From the NCBI GenBank assembly GCA_963663965.2, contig CAXXFK010000037.1:1-64000 (forward strand): 64,000 nucleotides of DNA. The letters run 5' to 3'. A model generated the notes under the pieces. That model ran no database searches, was not told the DNA's origin, and was given only the letters and a program-made list of their open reading frames with translations. Source of the stretch: Sedimentisphaerales bacterium. Its GTDB lineage: Bacteria; Planctomycetota; Phycisphaerae; Sedimentisphaerales; SM23-30. The position numbers and the translations under genes are program-made. Of the stretch, positions 22,301 through 30,306 are shown in pieces. The number at the start of each line of letters is the position of its first letter. Positions within the stretch are counted from its first letter, which is position 1.

Positions 22301-25300
22301 ATCTCCAGAATCTTGATGTTGTTTTACTGAATACTGGTTCTGACGACACTGTTAATTCCATCCACGTTGAAGCGGAAACGATTGCCACCTCTGCCGGTGA
22401 ACTTACTCTGGTATTGTCTATCCAAGACGCATACAACACGCTCGCATTTAGCGCCGAAAAAATAACTCCAGGCATTTCTTCTATCGCCGCATTCTTTGAT
22501 GCTGAAGTACTGACATACGCTGCTCCCTCCGATTACCTTACTGTTACGGCAGAATTATTCGATGGAGATCACAGTATTGCCTATCACAAAGACCAGTTAA
22601 GCATTGAAGATATTTTATTGCCTCTTCCAAAGTTATGTAATACCACATATATCAATGACAGAACAAACAACTTGGATTCGGATAATCTTTGGGATGAACT
22701 AATTGTCGACATGAGTGTTGACGTGCTAATTCCTGATATGTATGAATTCGAAGCATGGCTTTATAATAAAAATGAAGACTTACTTGATATTGCCATTGTT
22801 AAACAAAATCTAACTAAAGGCACAAACATCTTCTCACTTATATTTGATGGAGGAATGATTGGCCAGGCCGAAGTAAACGGGCCCTATTCGCTCAGTTATC
22901 TTAACATAAAAGATAGCTCCGATACCATTATCTGTTCACTTTATAATATTGGTGAAACTAAACCCTATCAGGTAACCCGCTTTGAAAATAGCCCCGGAAA
23001 CAGGATACCCCAAACTCACATTCTGGCTATTGGCGTCCGTGATGAATTCACTAATATTGCATCTGATATCGCGGCACAACGCTTATCAAAAGCCTTCGAA
23101 TATCTTCCGGGTGTCTCTTCCAATGAATTGATAATGCTTAACTCGGCAAACTCAGGCAACTATTCAGCTATCATCGACGCCGTCGAATTGGCCGGAAGGA
23201 TTGTAAGGCCTGGAGACACATTCATTTTCTACTTTGGTTCCCATGGTGGTTATAATATTTCTGGCGATGAAGCGCCTGTTATGACCCAGTACAATCCTGA
23301 AAATCTCGATGCACGAATAAAAACCACAGGCGATGAAACGATGTATCTTTCTTCCGTTGATGGTTCCCAAAATGTTATGACTGACGACCAATTCAGCCAG
23401 CTCTTTGTTGGCGGAACCTGGCCTGAAGTCAACAAGTTGTTCATTATGGATACCTGTTTTTCCGGAGGCCATATCGGATCCACCGAATATGGCGATACGG
23501 GGGATCTTTCTCGACTTAACAGAACGGGGGTTATTACGGCCGCAGAGGAAGGCAATTTTGGTTGGGCCAGATGGGATTGGTCGACAAATGCATATATCAA
23601 TATTCTTGCAACCGGATTGACAAATGCGATCTTAGACCTCAAAAATGCCGACGAATTAACCTATGCGATGCTATTTGAAAAAGCTTCAGTATCTGGCTCT
23701 GTATTTGATGGGGAAAATGGTCGCCTGATAACATTTGATCCTGACATTCAGGACATCTGGAAAAATGATGTCATCATCGAATTTAATCCGGGATTCAACC
23801 AGTCAAAAGGCTTCGAAGGCGCCGTCGGTGAAGTCGTTGAACTGGATTTGCCGGCTAACGCACCGGACTTGACGGGTAATCTGGTGGATGTGGTCATGCC
23901 TGCTTCGCTGGTGACTGGCCAGGGTGGTTCGGGTAAGATCGTATTGGCCGTCGTCAATGATGGCACGGTTGCCGTCGACAAGGGGCAGAAAATAGATATC
24001 CGAGTTGTGGCGCGTCCAATCGCCGGCGGACCGGATGTCCATTTAACCACCTTATCCAATCAGTCGATCAGCGCTTTGGCGCCCGGCCAGAGCAAACTGT
24101 TCAAGGCAAAGATAAACATTCCCGCAACCCTGACAGAGGGTGACTATACCCTGCTCATTCTGGTTGACAGCCTGGATGGGTTAGATGAATCGGATGAGTC
24201 AAACAATTCGATCGCATCGGATTCCGCGACCCTCCGCGTCGCGCCTCCATTCTTCGACCTGGCCGGTTCCGTACTGGCATCCAAACTGCCTGAGCATATT
24301 ATCTCCGGAGATGGCGCCAAAATCTCCCTGCCGGTTGTCGTAACCAATCTGGGCAATATTCCGATAGATAATGCCGCGATCGATCTGGCCATTATCGCTC
24401 GTCCCGGAGGCGGAGGTCAGGATCTGGTGATTGATACCATTCAGGGATTGTCCGTTAGCCAGTTAAAGCCCGGTGCGGACAAAAAAGTTAAATGCAATGT
24501 AATGCTACCGGCCGGTCTGCCCACGGAACAGTATACTCTGGTGGTAAGCATTGACAGTGGTAATCAGGTGCTGGAAACTAATGAGTTGAATAACGAGGCC
24601 ATATCCGAAATCTTGAGTGTCGAACTGGGCGCCATCGACTTATCCGGCCATCTGGAAAAAGTCACCCTGCCTTCGGCAGTTATCCAGGGAACCGGCGCGT
24701 CAGGCAAAATGCAGATCGTGGTTACCAATCTGGGCAATGTACCGGTAGCCAAGGGGCAGACGATAGACATTGACCTTCAACTTCGATCAATCGATGACGG
24801 ACAGGACACCCCATTGATGACTATTCACGATGCGGCCATCAGTAATCTTAAACCTGGCAAGAGCAAAAAAATATCCACATCCGTCACGATCACGGATGCC
24901 ATTGCCTCCGGCGACTATTTCCTGGTAGCGAAAATCGATTCTGCGAACGAGGTGCCCGGTGAACAGAATCAAGCGAACAGCGAGGCCATCAGCCATATGA
25001 TCAGTATCGCCCCACCGTTTTATGATCTGACCGCGGCCTTGTCAAATCCCCAACTCCCCACCAGGATCGTTTCCGGCGATGGCACGAAAATCACATTGCC
25101 GGTTACCGTTACCAACCAAGGCAATATTCCGCTGGGCGATCAGGCTATTGACCTGGCCATTGCGATTCGCCCCAACGAAGGCGGCGAGGATATTGTCATT
25201 GATACGATCCAGGGCCAATCGGTGAAGAATATGAAACCCGGTGCGGCCAAAACGATCAACTGCGAGGCACTACTGCCCGCCGGCATTCCCGAGGATCTTT

Positions 25301-26166
25301 ACCATCTGGTCGTGTTGGTGGACAGCAGTAATTTAATCGAGGAATATAATGAACTGAACAATGAGGCCGTTTCTGATGTCATGGCGGTTGAACCGGGTGA
25401 GATCGATCTGAGTGGCCAGATTAATGCCATTACGTTGCCCAAATCATTTGTTGCCGGCCAATCCGGCCGGAGCCTGGCTGAAATCACTATTTACAACACC
25501 GGCAACGTACCAGTTGCCGGAGATTCGGTTAATCCCCTGGTAAAAGTCATGTTCACTCCGGTTGATTCCAATGAAACCATTGAAATTGGATCTGCAACAT
25601 TCGCGAAATCGATTCTGCCAGACAGTTCTGTTACATTAAAAGTGGCTTTAGAACCTCCAGCCAGTTTGTCCCAGAACCAATATCAGGTGACCGTCCTGCT
25701 CGATCCGGATAATTCAAGAACCGAATCCGATGAATCCAACAATATCCTCGTTCATCCTGACACCTGGAATGTTACTCTTCCTCCTGCCGATCTGATTCTG
25801 TCAGCATGCAATGTTCCCGGAAAAATTTATGGTTATGAGCGTTTTTATGTATCAGACACCGTCAAAAATATCGGCGGCAATCTAAAAACCTCGACCCATC
25901 TGGCCTATTACCTGTCGCAAGACAAGAAACTGAGTGGAGATGACATGGAACTGGGTGACCGGACAATATCGCCTTTAAATTCCGGCCAGTCGGACAGCGG
26001 CAGTACCCGGCTGAGTACTTGGAACATGATCAATCCTTTCGACCAGCCCATACCCTATTATATTATTGTGGTGGTCGATTCATATGGCCAGGTTCAGGAG
26101 GGAAGTTCTGGTGAAACCAATAATATTAAATCCTATTCCGTCAAGTTTATGCCGGGTGATGAATAA
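19390..26166 (+). CDS. Large exported multidomain protein: LE-x-R leader, 2x Calx-beta, transglutaminase-like domain, Ig-like repeats, caspase-like (C14/clan CD) domain, about 6 CARDB repeats
   Basis: LEQCESRVMLSG leader; Calx-beta motifs (ATEGIDY..DNQAEGDETVTV..TIADDD); GDCNDF / PSHTF / WYDPTF; FYFGSHGG / IMDTCFSGG; repeated DL..VTNxGN..DSxNxxxExNExNN. Confidence 0.8.
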   Translation: MLSTVSVVLYNLKSVYHGLKKNFFRLNGSHSGRATHYSCCLEQCESRVMLSGTMETWDSAKAGKYVPNDDDPTFISGDMGKWVVDDTVSSFPECGPTKNYAQISGGVLKLHADESDPDEGCADNIWAALFKGFDGIPINGSKAIPFDSQTVISFDVAGELEHPDRGWVSALSYDSICLSLETKSGIVLDYVFDRHEDRRENSAADYHDLDFWREVFLDMEGGSYTRNLYNDFATIPAFSDGYLTANDLLIHSIGFEVGDTGWGTLDNLRIGETLPGISIHASDPDASESNLDPGRLVISRSGSTDKAVNVTLNIQTGDSNAATEGIDYQTIARSVRIPAGQSSVAVDILPLQDNQAEGDETVTVSITAPSGYMLSGQAEATVTIADDDFPEVSVTASDAFASEGGYNTGQFTIKRLGEALDSLDIYYSLEGTAEKEIDFEYLSGTVHFEIGQRTSVVDVVPIDDQITEPTEFVTLTLIDGDGYDIGASGSSTVYIDDNEIKILYYEVQNSIPIEDSSHIVWITDFPEQAEPIADAISQPGFLVHAVFDFPQGVNPNVICNYHIRGTNLQGQAKTTYLDNNTFRIPTPSTVGEYDLTLSFWTDDPEKGQFMFQKTEHLLYQILDEPETTDKTVTKKELETATRFAAGATRKNNSLKPPYDDALNRIMASIDAANWKYETVAPPHNYMGLITDTVDSGDCNDFSFAMKKIGQILGIGGLSTICDKGRYNNGFLTLNNPALPLESPDEQTGNASNYLYTNTKWDRWYFPSHTFVVYGSTWYDPTFNTSYNGKDDWWNNIDSTIESHDNWEQGELYAVQFIKVDKHGRFQYRLGNIPPEADSENKVSLSEQAQVIYNDLDKNGLYESLTINMTVSGLAGDYLLAGHLRIGQDVISLTETMGAEYHSSTYFTLEGSTSTQTVSIQFSGESIRKIDISNREVIADLYVLDDLGIKQDNTSVAVGTLDSNLFGENNGYLQNLDVVLLNTGSDDTVNSIHVEAETIATSAGELTLVLSIQDAYNTLAFSAEKITPGISSIAAFFDAEVLTYAAPSDYLTVTAELFDGDHSIAYHKDQLSIEDILLPLPKLCNTTYINDRTNNLDSDNLWDELIVDMSVDVLIPDMYEFEAWLYNKNEDLLDIAIVKQNLTKGTNIFSLIFDGGMIGQAEVNGPYSLSYLNIKDSSDTIICSLYNIGETKPYQVTRFENSPGNRIPQTHILAIGVRDEFTNIASDIAAQRLSKAFEYLPGVSSNELIMLNSANSGNYSAIIDAVELAGRIVRPGDTFIFYFGSHGGYNISGDEAPVMTQYNPENLDARIKTTGDETMYLSSVDGSQNVMTDDQFSQLFVGGTWPEVNKLFIMDTCFSGGHIGSTEYGDTGDLSRLNRTGVITAAEEGNFGWARWDWSTNAYINILATGLTNAILDLKNADELTYAMLFEKASVSGSVFDGENGRLITFDPDIQDIWKNDVIIEFNPGFNQSKGFEGAVGEVVELDLPANAPDLTGNLVDVVMPASLVTGQGGSGKIVLAVVNDGTVAVDKGQKIDIRVVARPIAGGPDVHLTTLSNQSISALAPGQSKLFKAKINIPATLTEGDYTLLILVDSLDGLDESDESNNSIASDSATLRVAPPFFDLAGSVLASKLPEHIISGDGAKISLPVVVTNLGNIPIDNAAIDLAIIARPGGGGQDLVIDTIQGLSVSQLKPGADKKVKCNVMLPAGLPTEQYTLVVSIDSGNQVLETNELNNEAISEILSVELGAIDLSGHLEKVTLPSAVIQGTGASGKMQIVVTNLGNVPVAKGQTIDIDLQLRSIDDGQDTPLMTIHDAAISNLKPGKSKKISTSVTITDAIASGDYFLVAKIDSANEVPGEQNQANSEAISHMISIAPPFYDLTAALSNPQLPTRIVSGDGTKITLPVTVTNQGNIPLGDQAIDLAIAIRPNEGGEDIVIDTIQGQSVKNMKPGAAKTINCEALLPAGIPEDLYHLVVLVDSSNLIEEYNELNNEAVSDVMAVEPGEIDLSGQINAITLPKSFVAGQSGRSLAEITIYNTGNVPVAGDSVNPLVKVMFTPVDSNETIEIGSATFAKSILPDSSVTLKVALEPPASLSQNQYQVTVLLDPDNSRTESDESNNILVHPDTWNVTLPPADLILSACNVPGKIYGYERFYVSDTVKNIGGNLKTSTHLAYYLSQDKKLSGDDMELGDRTISPLNSGQSDSGSTRLSTWNMINPFDQPIPYYIIVVVDSYGQVQEGSSGETNNIKSYSVKFMPGDE

Positions 26167-26265
26167 GAAAGGATCAAGTTCGCCGATTTACTATTGGGAT
26201 TAGTGAAGAACGCCGCTTTCTCCAGGCCTGACATAATGAACAAACATTGGGAGTGTTTCCCCTGG

Positions 26266-26622
26266 CTACTTATTCCCCGGATATCCCCAGGAATTTTTAA
26301 AGGCGATCGATACATTGGTGGTGGTACATCGCGCCAGGAGTTTTCTGTGTTCTTCCGTTTTGACACAATCCATCAAATGCTCGGCAAACGAAGCATAAAC
26401 GGCGTCCATGATGTTTCGATCGGGTAAATCCAGCAACCGGTCCATCGCCCGCATAATCGCCTTCAAGGTATCCAGATCATGCTTTGCCATCGAATCCTTG
26501 TATAAACTCAGCATTTCAATAACCAGATTCCCGGCATTATTGGGGTAATTTTTATCAGGATGGCAAAGCAACCGCTTAAACCGGGGTAATTCTTCCAGAA
26601 TGATTTTTCGCCATTTCGCCAT
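26266..26622 (-). CDS. Small alpha-helical hypothetical protein
   Basis: 118 aa ORF convergent on the large protein; ends IMDAVYASFAEHL..FKNSWG; no family identified with confidence. Confidence 0.65.
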   Translation of the reverse strand: MAKWRKIILEELPRFKRLLCHPDKNYPNNAGNLVIEMLSLYKDSMAKHDLDTLKAIMRAMDRLLDLPDRNIMDAVYASFAEHLMDCVKTEEHRKLLARCTTTNVSIAFKNSWGYPGNK

Positions 26623-26708
26623 TTTATTCTCAATTATGCGACTCTACTTACCCATTATGTTCAATCACTTCTATTCTACTCAATAATATCCAACCATATA
26701 CTATTAGA

Positions 26709-27425
26709 CTATTCATTTTCGTCACAGCTTACGATTGCACTTATTTTTATTCTGTCCCAAATATTGATATCCCAAAAGCTACCACGAGATAAAGGATCAA
26801 TAATATATTTTGCCTTGAAATTTCCACCAAGCGAAAATTGTTTTCCTTGATTTTTCAAGCAATAATAAAACTCTTCAGGCATCTTTTGCCAAAGGAATAT
26901 TTCTATTGAATTATTTGTTTCAATATATGTTTGGTTAAAGACGTATGTTAATCCGTATACTAATTTTTTTGCAAACTGTTTTAAACTATTTTCTGAAAGT
27001 AAAATTGGAACACCGGATCCATTTGCACCAAAACCGGGAACAACTGCTGTACTATATTCATTGTAATCAATGTTAGACACTAAATCGTAACTCTCCTTAA
27101 TAAAATTACGTTTAATTGAACTCCGAACATTTTCATCCTTTTCATTGCGACCACATGATACATCAATAGCTTTTACTGCATTGTTAGCAATTTTTTTAAA
27201 ATTTGGATCTTCCGGATTCAAACCCAATCCCAATTTCCTTATTAACTCCCCCTCTATTTTACTATATTTTTGATTGCACTTTTCACAAGCTGGCACTTGA
27301 TATTGCTCTCCTCTAAAATTACTATCATCTGGATACCAAGATTTTGGCAACACATGGTCAGATGTCATTTTCTCATAATAAGATAGACAATAGACGCAAC
27401 GATAATTCTTAAATTTCTTACTCAT
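26709..27425 (-). CDS. HNH endonuclease-like protein (AT-rich, probably horizontally acquired)
   Basis: CVYC..TSDHVLPKSWY..VPACEKCNQKYS Zn-binding HNH motif at the N-terminus; visibly much more AT-rich than its neighbours. Confidence 0.78.
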   Translation of the reverse strand: MSKKFKNYRCVYCLSYYEKMTSDHVLPKSWYPDDSNFRGEQYQVPACEKCNQKYSKIEGELIRKLGLGLNPEDPNFKKIANNAVKAIDVSCGRNEKDENVRSSIKRNFIKESYDLVSNIDYNEYSTAVVPGFGANGSGVPILLSENSLKQFAKKLVYGLTYVFNQTYIETNNSIEIFLWQKMPEEFYYCLKNQGKQFSLGGNFKAKYIIDPLSRGSFWDINIWDRIKISAIVSCDENE

Positions 27426-27564
27426 AACAGATCAATGCATATTCAATTTGCACTCTTTTCTGTAAGACTAAAATTTCGTTGAGATAATGATTCGGATTAT
27501 ACTAACGTTTTTCAGTAAAGGCATTTATATTTCAATTTTAATCTAATGACAACATATAGTCTGT

Positions 27565-27828
27565 TCATTTCAAATCCCTCACCCTTTCTTGAATATAAAG
27601 CAATTTAATCCTCTTCTTGATATAATCTTTCTCCATAAACTCCAGCCGATACTGAATCTCCTGTTCGTAGGTTCGCTCCCGGCCGGGCTGCTGATAGCCG
27701 GCGATATGTTTTTGGATGGTCGCATCGGTAAACAAACCCAGTTGGGCTTTACAGGTTTCGCAGATCGGGTACCCAAACAGTTCGGCCCCGGGCTGGCCGC
27801 ACTGGAAACAGGGTTCTGGGTTTTTCAT
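27565..27828 (-). CDS. Small hypothetical protein with CxxC..CxxC zinc-finger-like motif
   Basis: 87 aa; CFQC..CETC; AAGGAG RBS upstream of the ATG. Confidence 0.7.
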   Translation of the reverse strand: MKNPEPCFQCGQPGAELFGYPICETCKAQLGLFTDATIQKHIAGYQQPGRERTYEQEIQYRLEFMEKDYIKKRIKLLYIQERVRDLK

Positions 27829-28037
27829 AATAAACTCCTTTGATAACTATTACGAGCGCCTCGAATCCATTCATGATTGTCAAACTTGTGTCACTATTGG
27901 CCGGGATAAATTTGGAACCGGGTTATGCCGGCCTGGTTGAGTTTGCGTAATCTTTTGAAATAAACTATCCTGTGACGTCATGAGAATAAAGAATATTTTT
28001 ATAAAAGTCCCGCCGGGCGGCATCCTGTCTGATCGCC

Positions 28038-28103
28038 CGCAAGGTAAGTTTTTATATGTAAAAGACTTACCTTGCGGCCTAAGGAGCCATTCAACGATTA
28101 ATG
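28038..28103 (+). repeat. Long palindrome related to the dispersed structured repeat, copy C (partial)
   Basis: CGCAAGGTAAGTTTTT-ATATGT-AAAAGACTTACCTTGCG, with the same TAAGTTTTT/AAAAGACTTA inner stem as 41422-41446, and a similar tail TTCAACGATTAATG versus TTCAATCGTTAATG. Confidence 0.65.
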
Positions 28104-28269
28104 GGATCTATTCTCCGGTTTAAGACTTGAGCTGTCCGGTTCATTTATGGACACCATCGGGAATAAATCCGACCACGAAATCTGTTCAAAATGAAGGCAC
28201 GGGCAGCGTATTAGATCGCCAAATCCACACTGCCTCAATTCCCCTTCCATAACACGCCGCTAAAAAAGG

Positions 28270-28298
28270 TTACATGTTCATAGGCTTTGTGATATAAT
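28270..28298 (+). promoter_or_regulatory. Putative sigma70 promoter of the GH20 gene
   Basis: TTACAT-17 bp-TATAAT with an extended -10 TG. Confidence 0.4.
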
Positions 28299-28416
28299 CC
28301 GGACAAATAATGTCAGTGAAATCCTGTTTTTATTTAATTTTATACAGAACGCAATGGGCAAAACCCGGCGCCGGCACAAAACGCGCTTTTAAAAAGGCTT
28401 TGGTCAGAACATTATT

Positions 28417-30267
28417 GTGGAGGCTTTCTCAATGGTATCAGCATTCAAGTTTCAGGCGGTTATTATGCTTTTAACAGGTATTTGCTGCAGCTGTGGGCTG
28501 GCTGCTTCCGCGACGCAGCCGCCGGAGCGTGCGTATCTGCTGCTTCCTGTGCCCAGGCAGGTTCAATATCAGGAAGGCATCGTCAAAAGCCCGGTCGCAG
28601 AGCTGAGCCGGATGATCAAAATCGATCCGGCGACCGTGCCTCACGAGCAGGGATACGAGCTGACGATTGCCCCGGAACAGGTATCCATTATCGGTCATGA
28701 TCAGGCCGGCTTGTTTTACGCGGAGCAAACCCTGAATCAACTGCTGGCTCAGGCGGATAACGGCAAGCTGACGTGTCTGACGATTCGGGACTGGCCGGAC
28801 TTTCCGGTGCGCGGGGTCATGCTGGATATCAGCCGGGACAAAGTGCCCACCATGGATACGTTGTTTACCCTGGTGGACATGCTGGCTTCGTGGAAGATCA
28901 ACCATTTCGAGCTTTATACCGAACATACCTTTGCCTACCAGAATCACGAAACGGTCTGGAAGGATGCTTCGCCGATGACGGCCGATCAAATCCGAATCCT
29001 GGATAAATATTGCCGGGAGCGTTTTATCGATCTGGCGCCCAATCAGAACTCGTTCGGGCACATGGAGCGATGGATACAGCATGAAGAATACCGCCATCTC
29101 GCCGAAGCGCCGGATTATGTGAATACGATCTGGGGCAAACGAAGATGGCATACCCTGTATCCGGCCGACCCGGGATCCATTGCACTGATCAGCGAACTCT
29201 ATGATGAGCTTTTGCCGAATTTTTCCAGCCGGTATTTCAATGTCGGCTGTGACGAGACGGTGGAGTTGGGCAATGGCCGAAGTAAGGAACGCTGTGAAGA
29301 GATCGGCCGCGACCAGGTTTATCTTGATTATTTACTGAAGATTCACGCCCTGGTGGAAAAACACGGCAAAACCATGATGTTCTGGGCGGACATGATTCAG
29401 GACCACCCGGAGGCCATGCAATCGCTGCCGAAGGATATCATTCCGCTGTTGTGGGGATACAGCGAAACGCATCCGTTTGAGAAGTACTGCAAGGTAGTGG
29501 CCGGGACCGGCTGCCGGTTTTATGTGTGTCCGGGAAATTCCACCTGGATCAGTATTGCCGGGCAGACCGACCGGGCCAGGGCCAATCTCCTGAACGCGGC
29601 TGAAAACGGGAAGAAGTACGGCGCTGAAGGGTATTTAATTACCGACTGGGGCGACCTGGGGGCGTGGGAACCCATTACGGTCAGTTATCTGGGGTATGCT
29701 TACGGAGCGGCCCTGGGCTGGTCGGTTGAGCATAACCGGGAGATCGATTTGCCGGGTGTTCTGAATGCTTTCGCTTTCAAAGATAAAGCCGGTATTATGG
29801 GGCGGCTGATGTACGATCTCGGCAATGCTTATCAGGTGGGAGATGTGATTACTTCGAACAGTTCATGGTTTGGAAGGCTCCTGCTTTTTGAGGACTGGGA
29901 TCTGAACAAGGGGCCGGGCAGCCAACTGACCGTTGAAAAAGTGGAAGCGCTCAGGCGCTATGTGGCTGGCGTGATGTCAAAGCTCGACAAGGCCGAAATA
30001 GACAGGCCGGACGCCGGCTATATCCTCGATGAAATCAGGCAGGTGGCCCGGTTGATTGATCATGCCTGCGATCTTGCCACGGCGAGACTGAATGCCGAAG
30101 ACAAAAAAACCGCCAATATTCCCAAGCCGATACGAGAAAAACTGGCTGTCGATATGCGGGCGATCGAGAAAAATCATCGGAAACTGTGGCTGCGCAGAAA
30201 TCGCGAGGGCGGCCTGGGAGACAGTTTATCGCGAATGGAGAATCAACTGCGTTTGTATCAGCCGTAA
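28417..30267 (+). CDS. GH20 family beta-N-acetylhexosaminidase-like protein, secreted
   Basis: Signal peptide; IRDWPDFPVRGVMLDISRDKVP, NQNSFGHM, FNVGCDETVELG (DE catalytic pair), LITDWGD. The start may be the ATG at 28432. Confidence 0.88.
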   Translation: MEAFSMVSAFKFQAVIMLLTGICCSCGLAASATQPPERAYLLLPVPRQVQYQEGIVKSPVAELSRMIKIDPATVPHEQGYELTIAPEQVSIIGHDQAGLFYAEQTLNQLLAQADNGKLTCLTIRDWPDFPVRGVMLDISRDKVPTMDTLFTLVDMLASWKINHFELYTEHTFAYQNHETVWKDASPMTADQIRILDKYCRERFIDLAPNQNSFGHMERWIQHEEYRHLAEAPDYVNTIWGKRRWHTLYPADPGSIALISELYDELLPNFSSRYFNVGCDETVELGNGRSKERCEEIGRDQVYLDYLLKIHALVEKHGKTMMFWADMIQDHPEAMQSLPKDIIPLLWGYSETHPFEKYCKVVAGTGCRFYVCPGNSTWISIAGQTDRARANLLNAAENGKKYGAEGYLITDWGDLGAWEPITVSYLGYAYGAALGWSVEHNREIDLPGVLNAFAFKDKAGIMGRLMYDLGNAYQVGDVITSNSSWFGRLLLFEDWDLNKGPGSQLTVEKVEALRRYVAGVMSKLDKAEIDRPDAGYILDEIRQVARLIDHACDLATARLNAEDKKTANIPKPIREKLAVDMRAIEKNHRKLWLRRNREGGLGDSLSRMENQLRLYQP

Positions 30268-30306
30268 CTGCGTTTTTCGGCAGGGCGTATCGGCAGCCTC
30301 CGGATT

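Noticed and set aside
23850..26160. DGR-like template/variable repeat pair in the duplicated CARDB region
   Set aside because: The copies are in-frame domain duplications diverged at all bases, not only adenines, and no reverse transcriptase is present.
26166..28100. Integron cassette array (short AT-rich co-oriented ORFs)
   Set aside because: No repeated attC-like RYYYAAC..GTTRRRY palindromes between the ORFs, and no integrase in the window.
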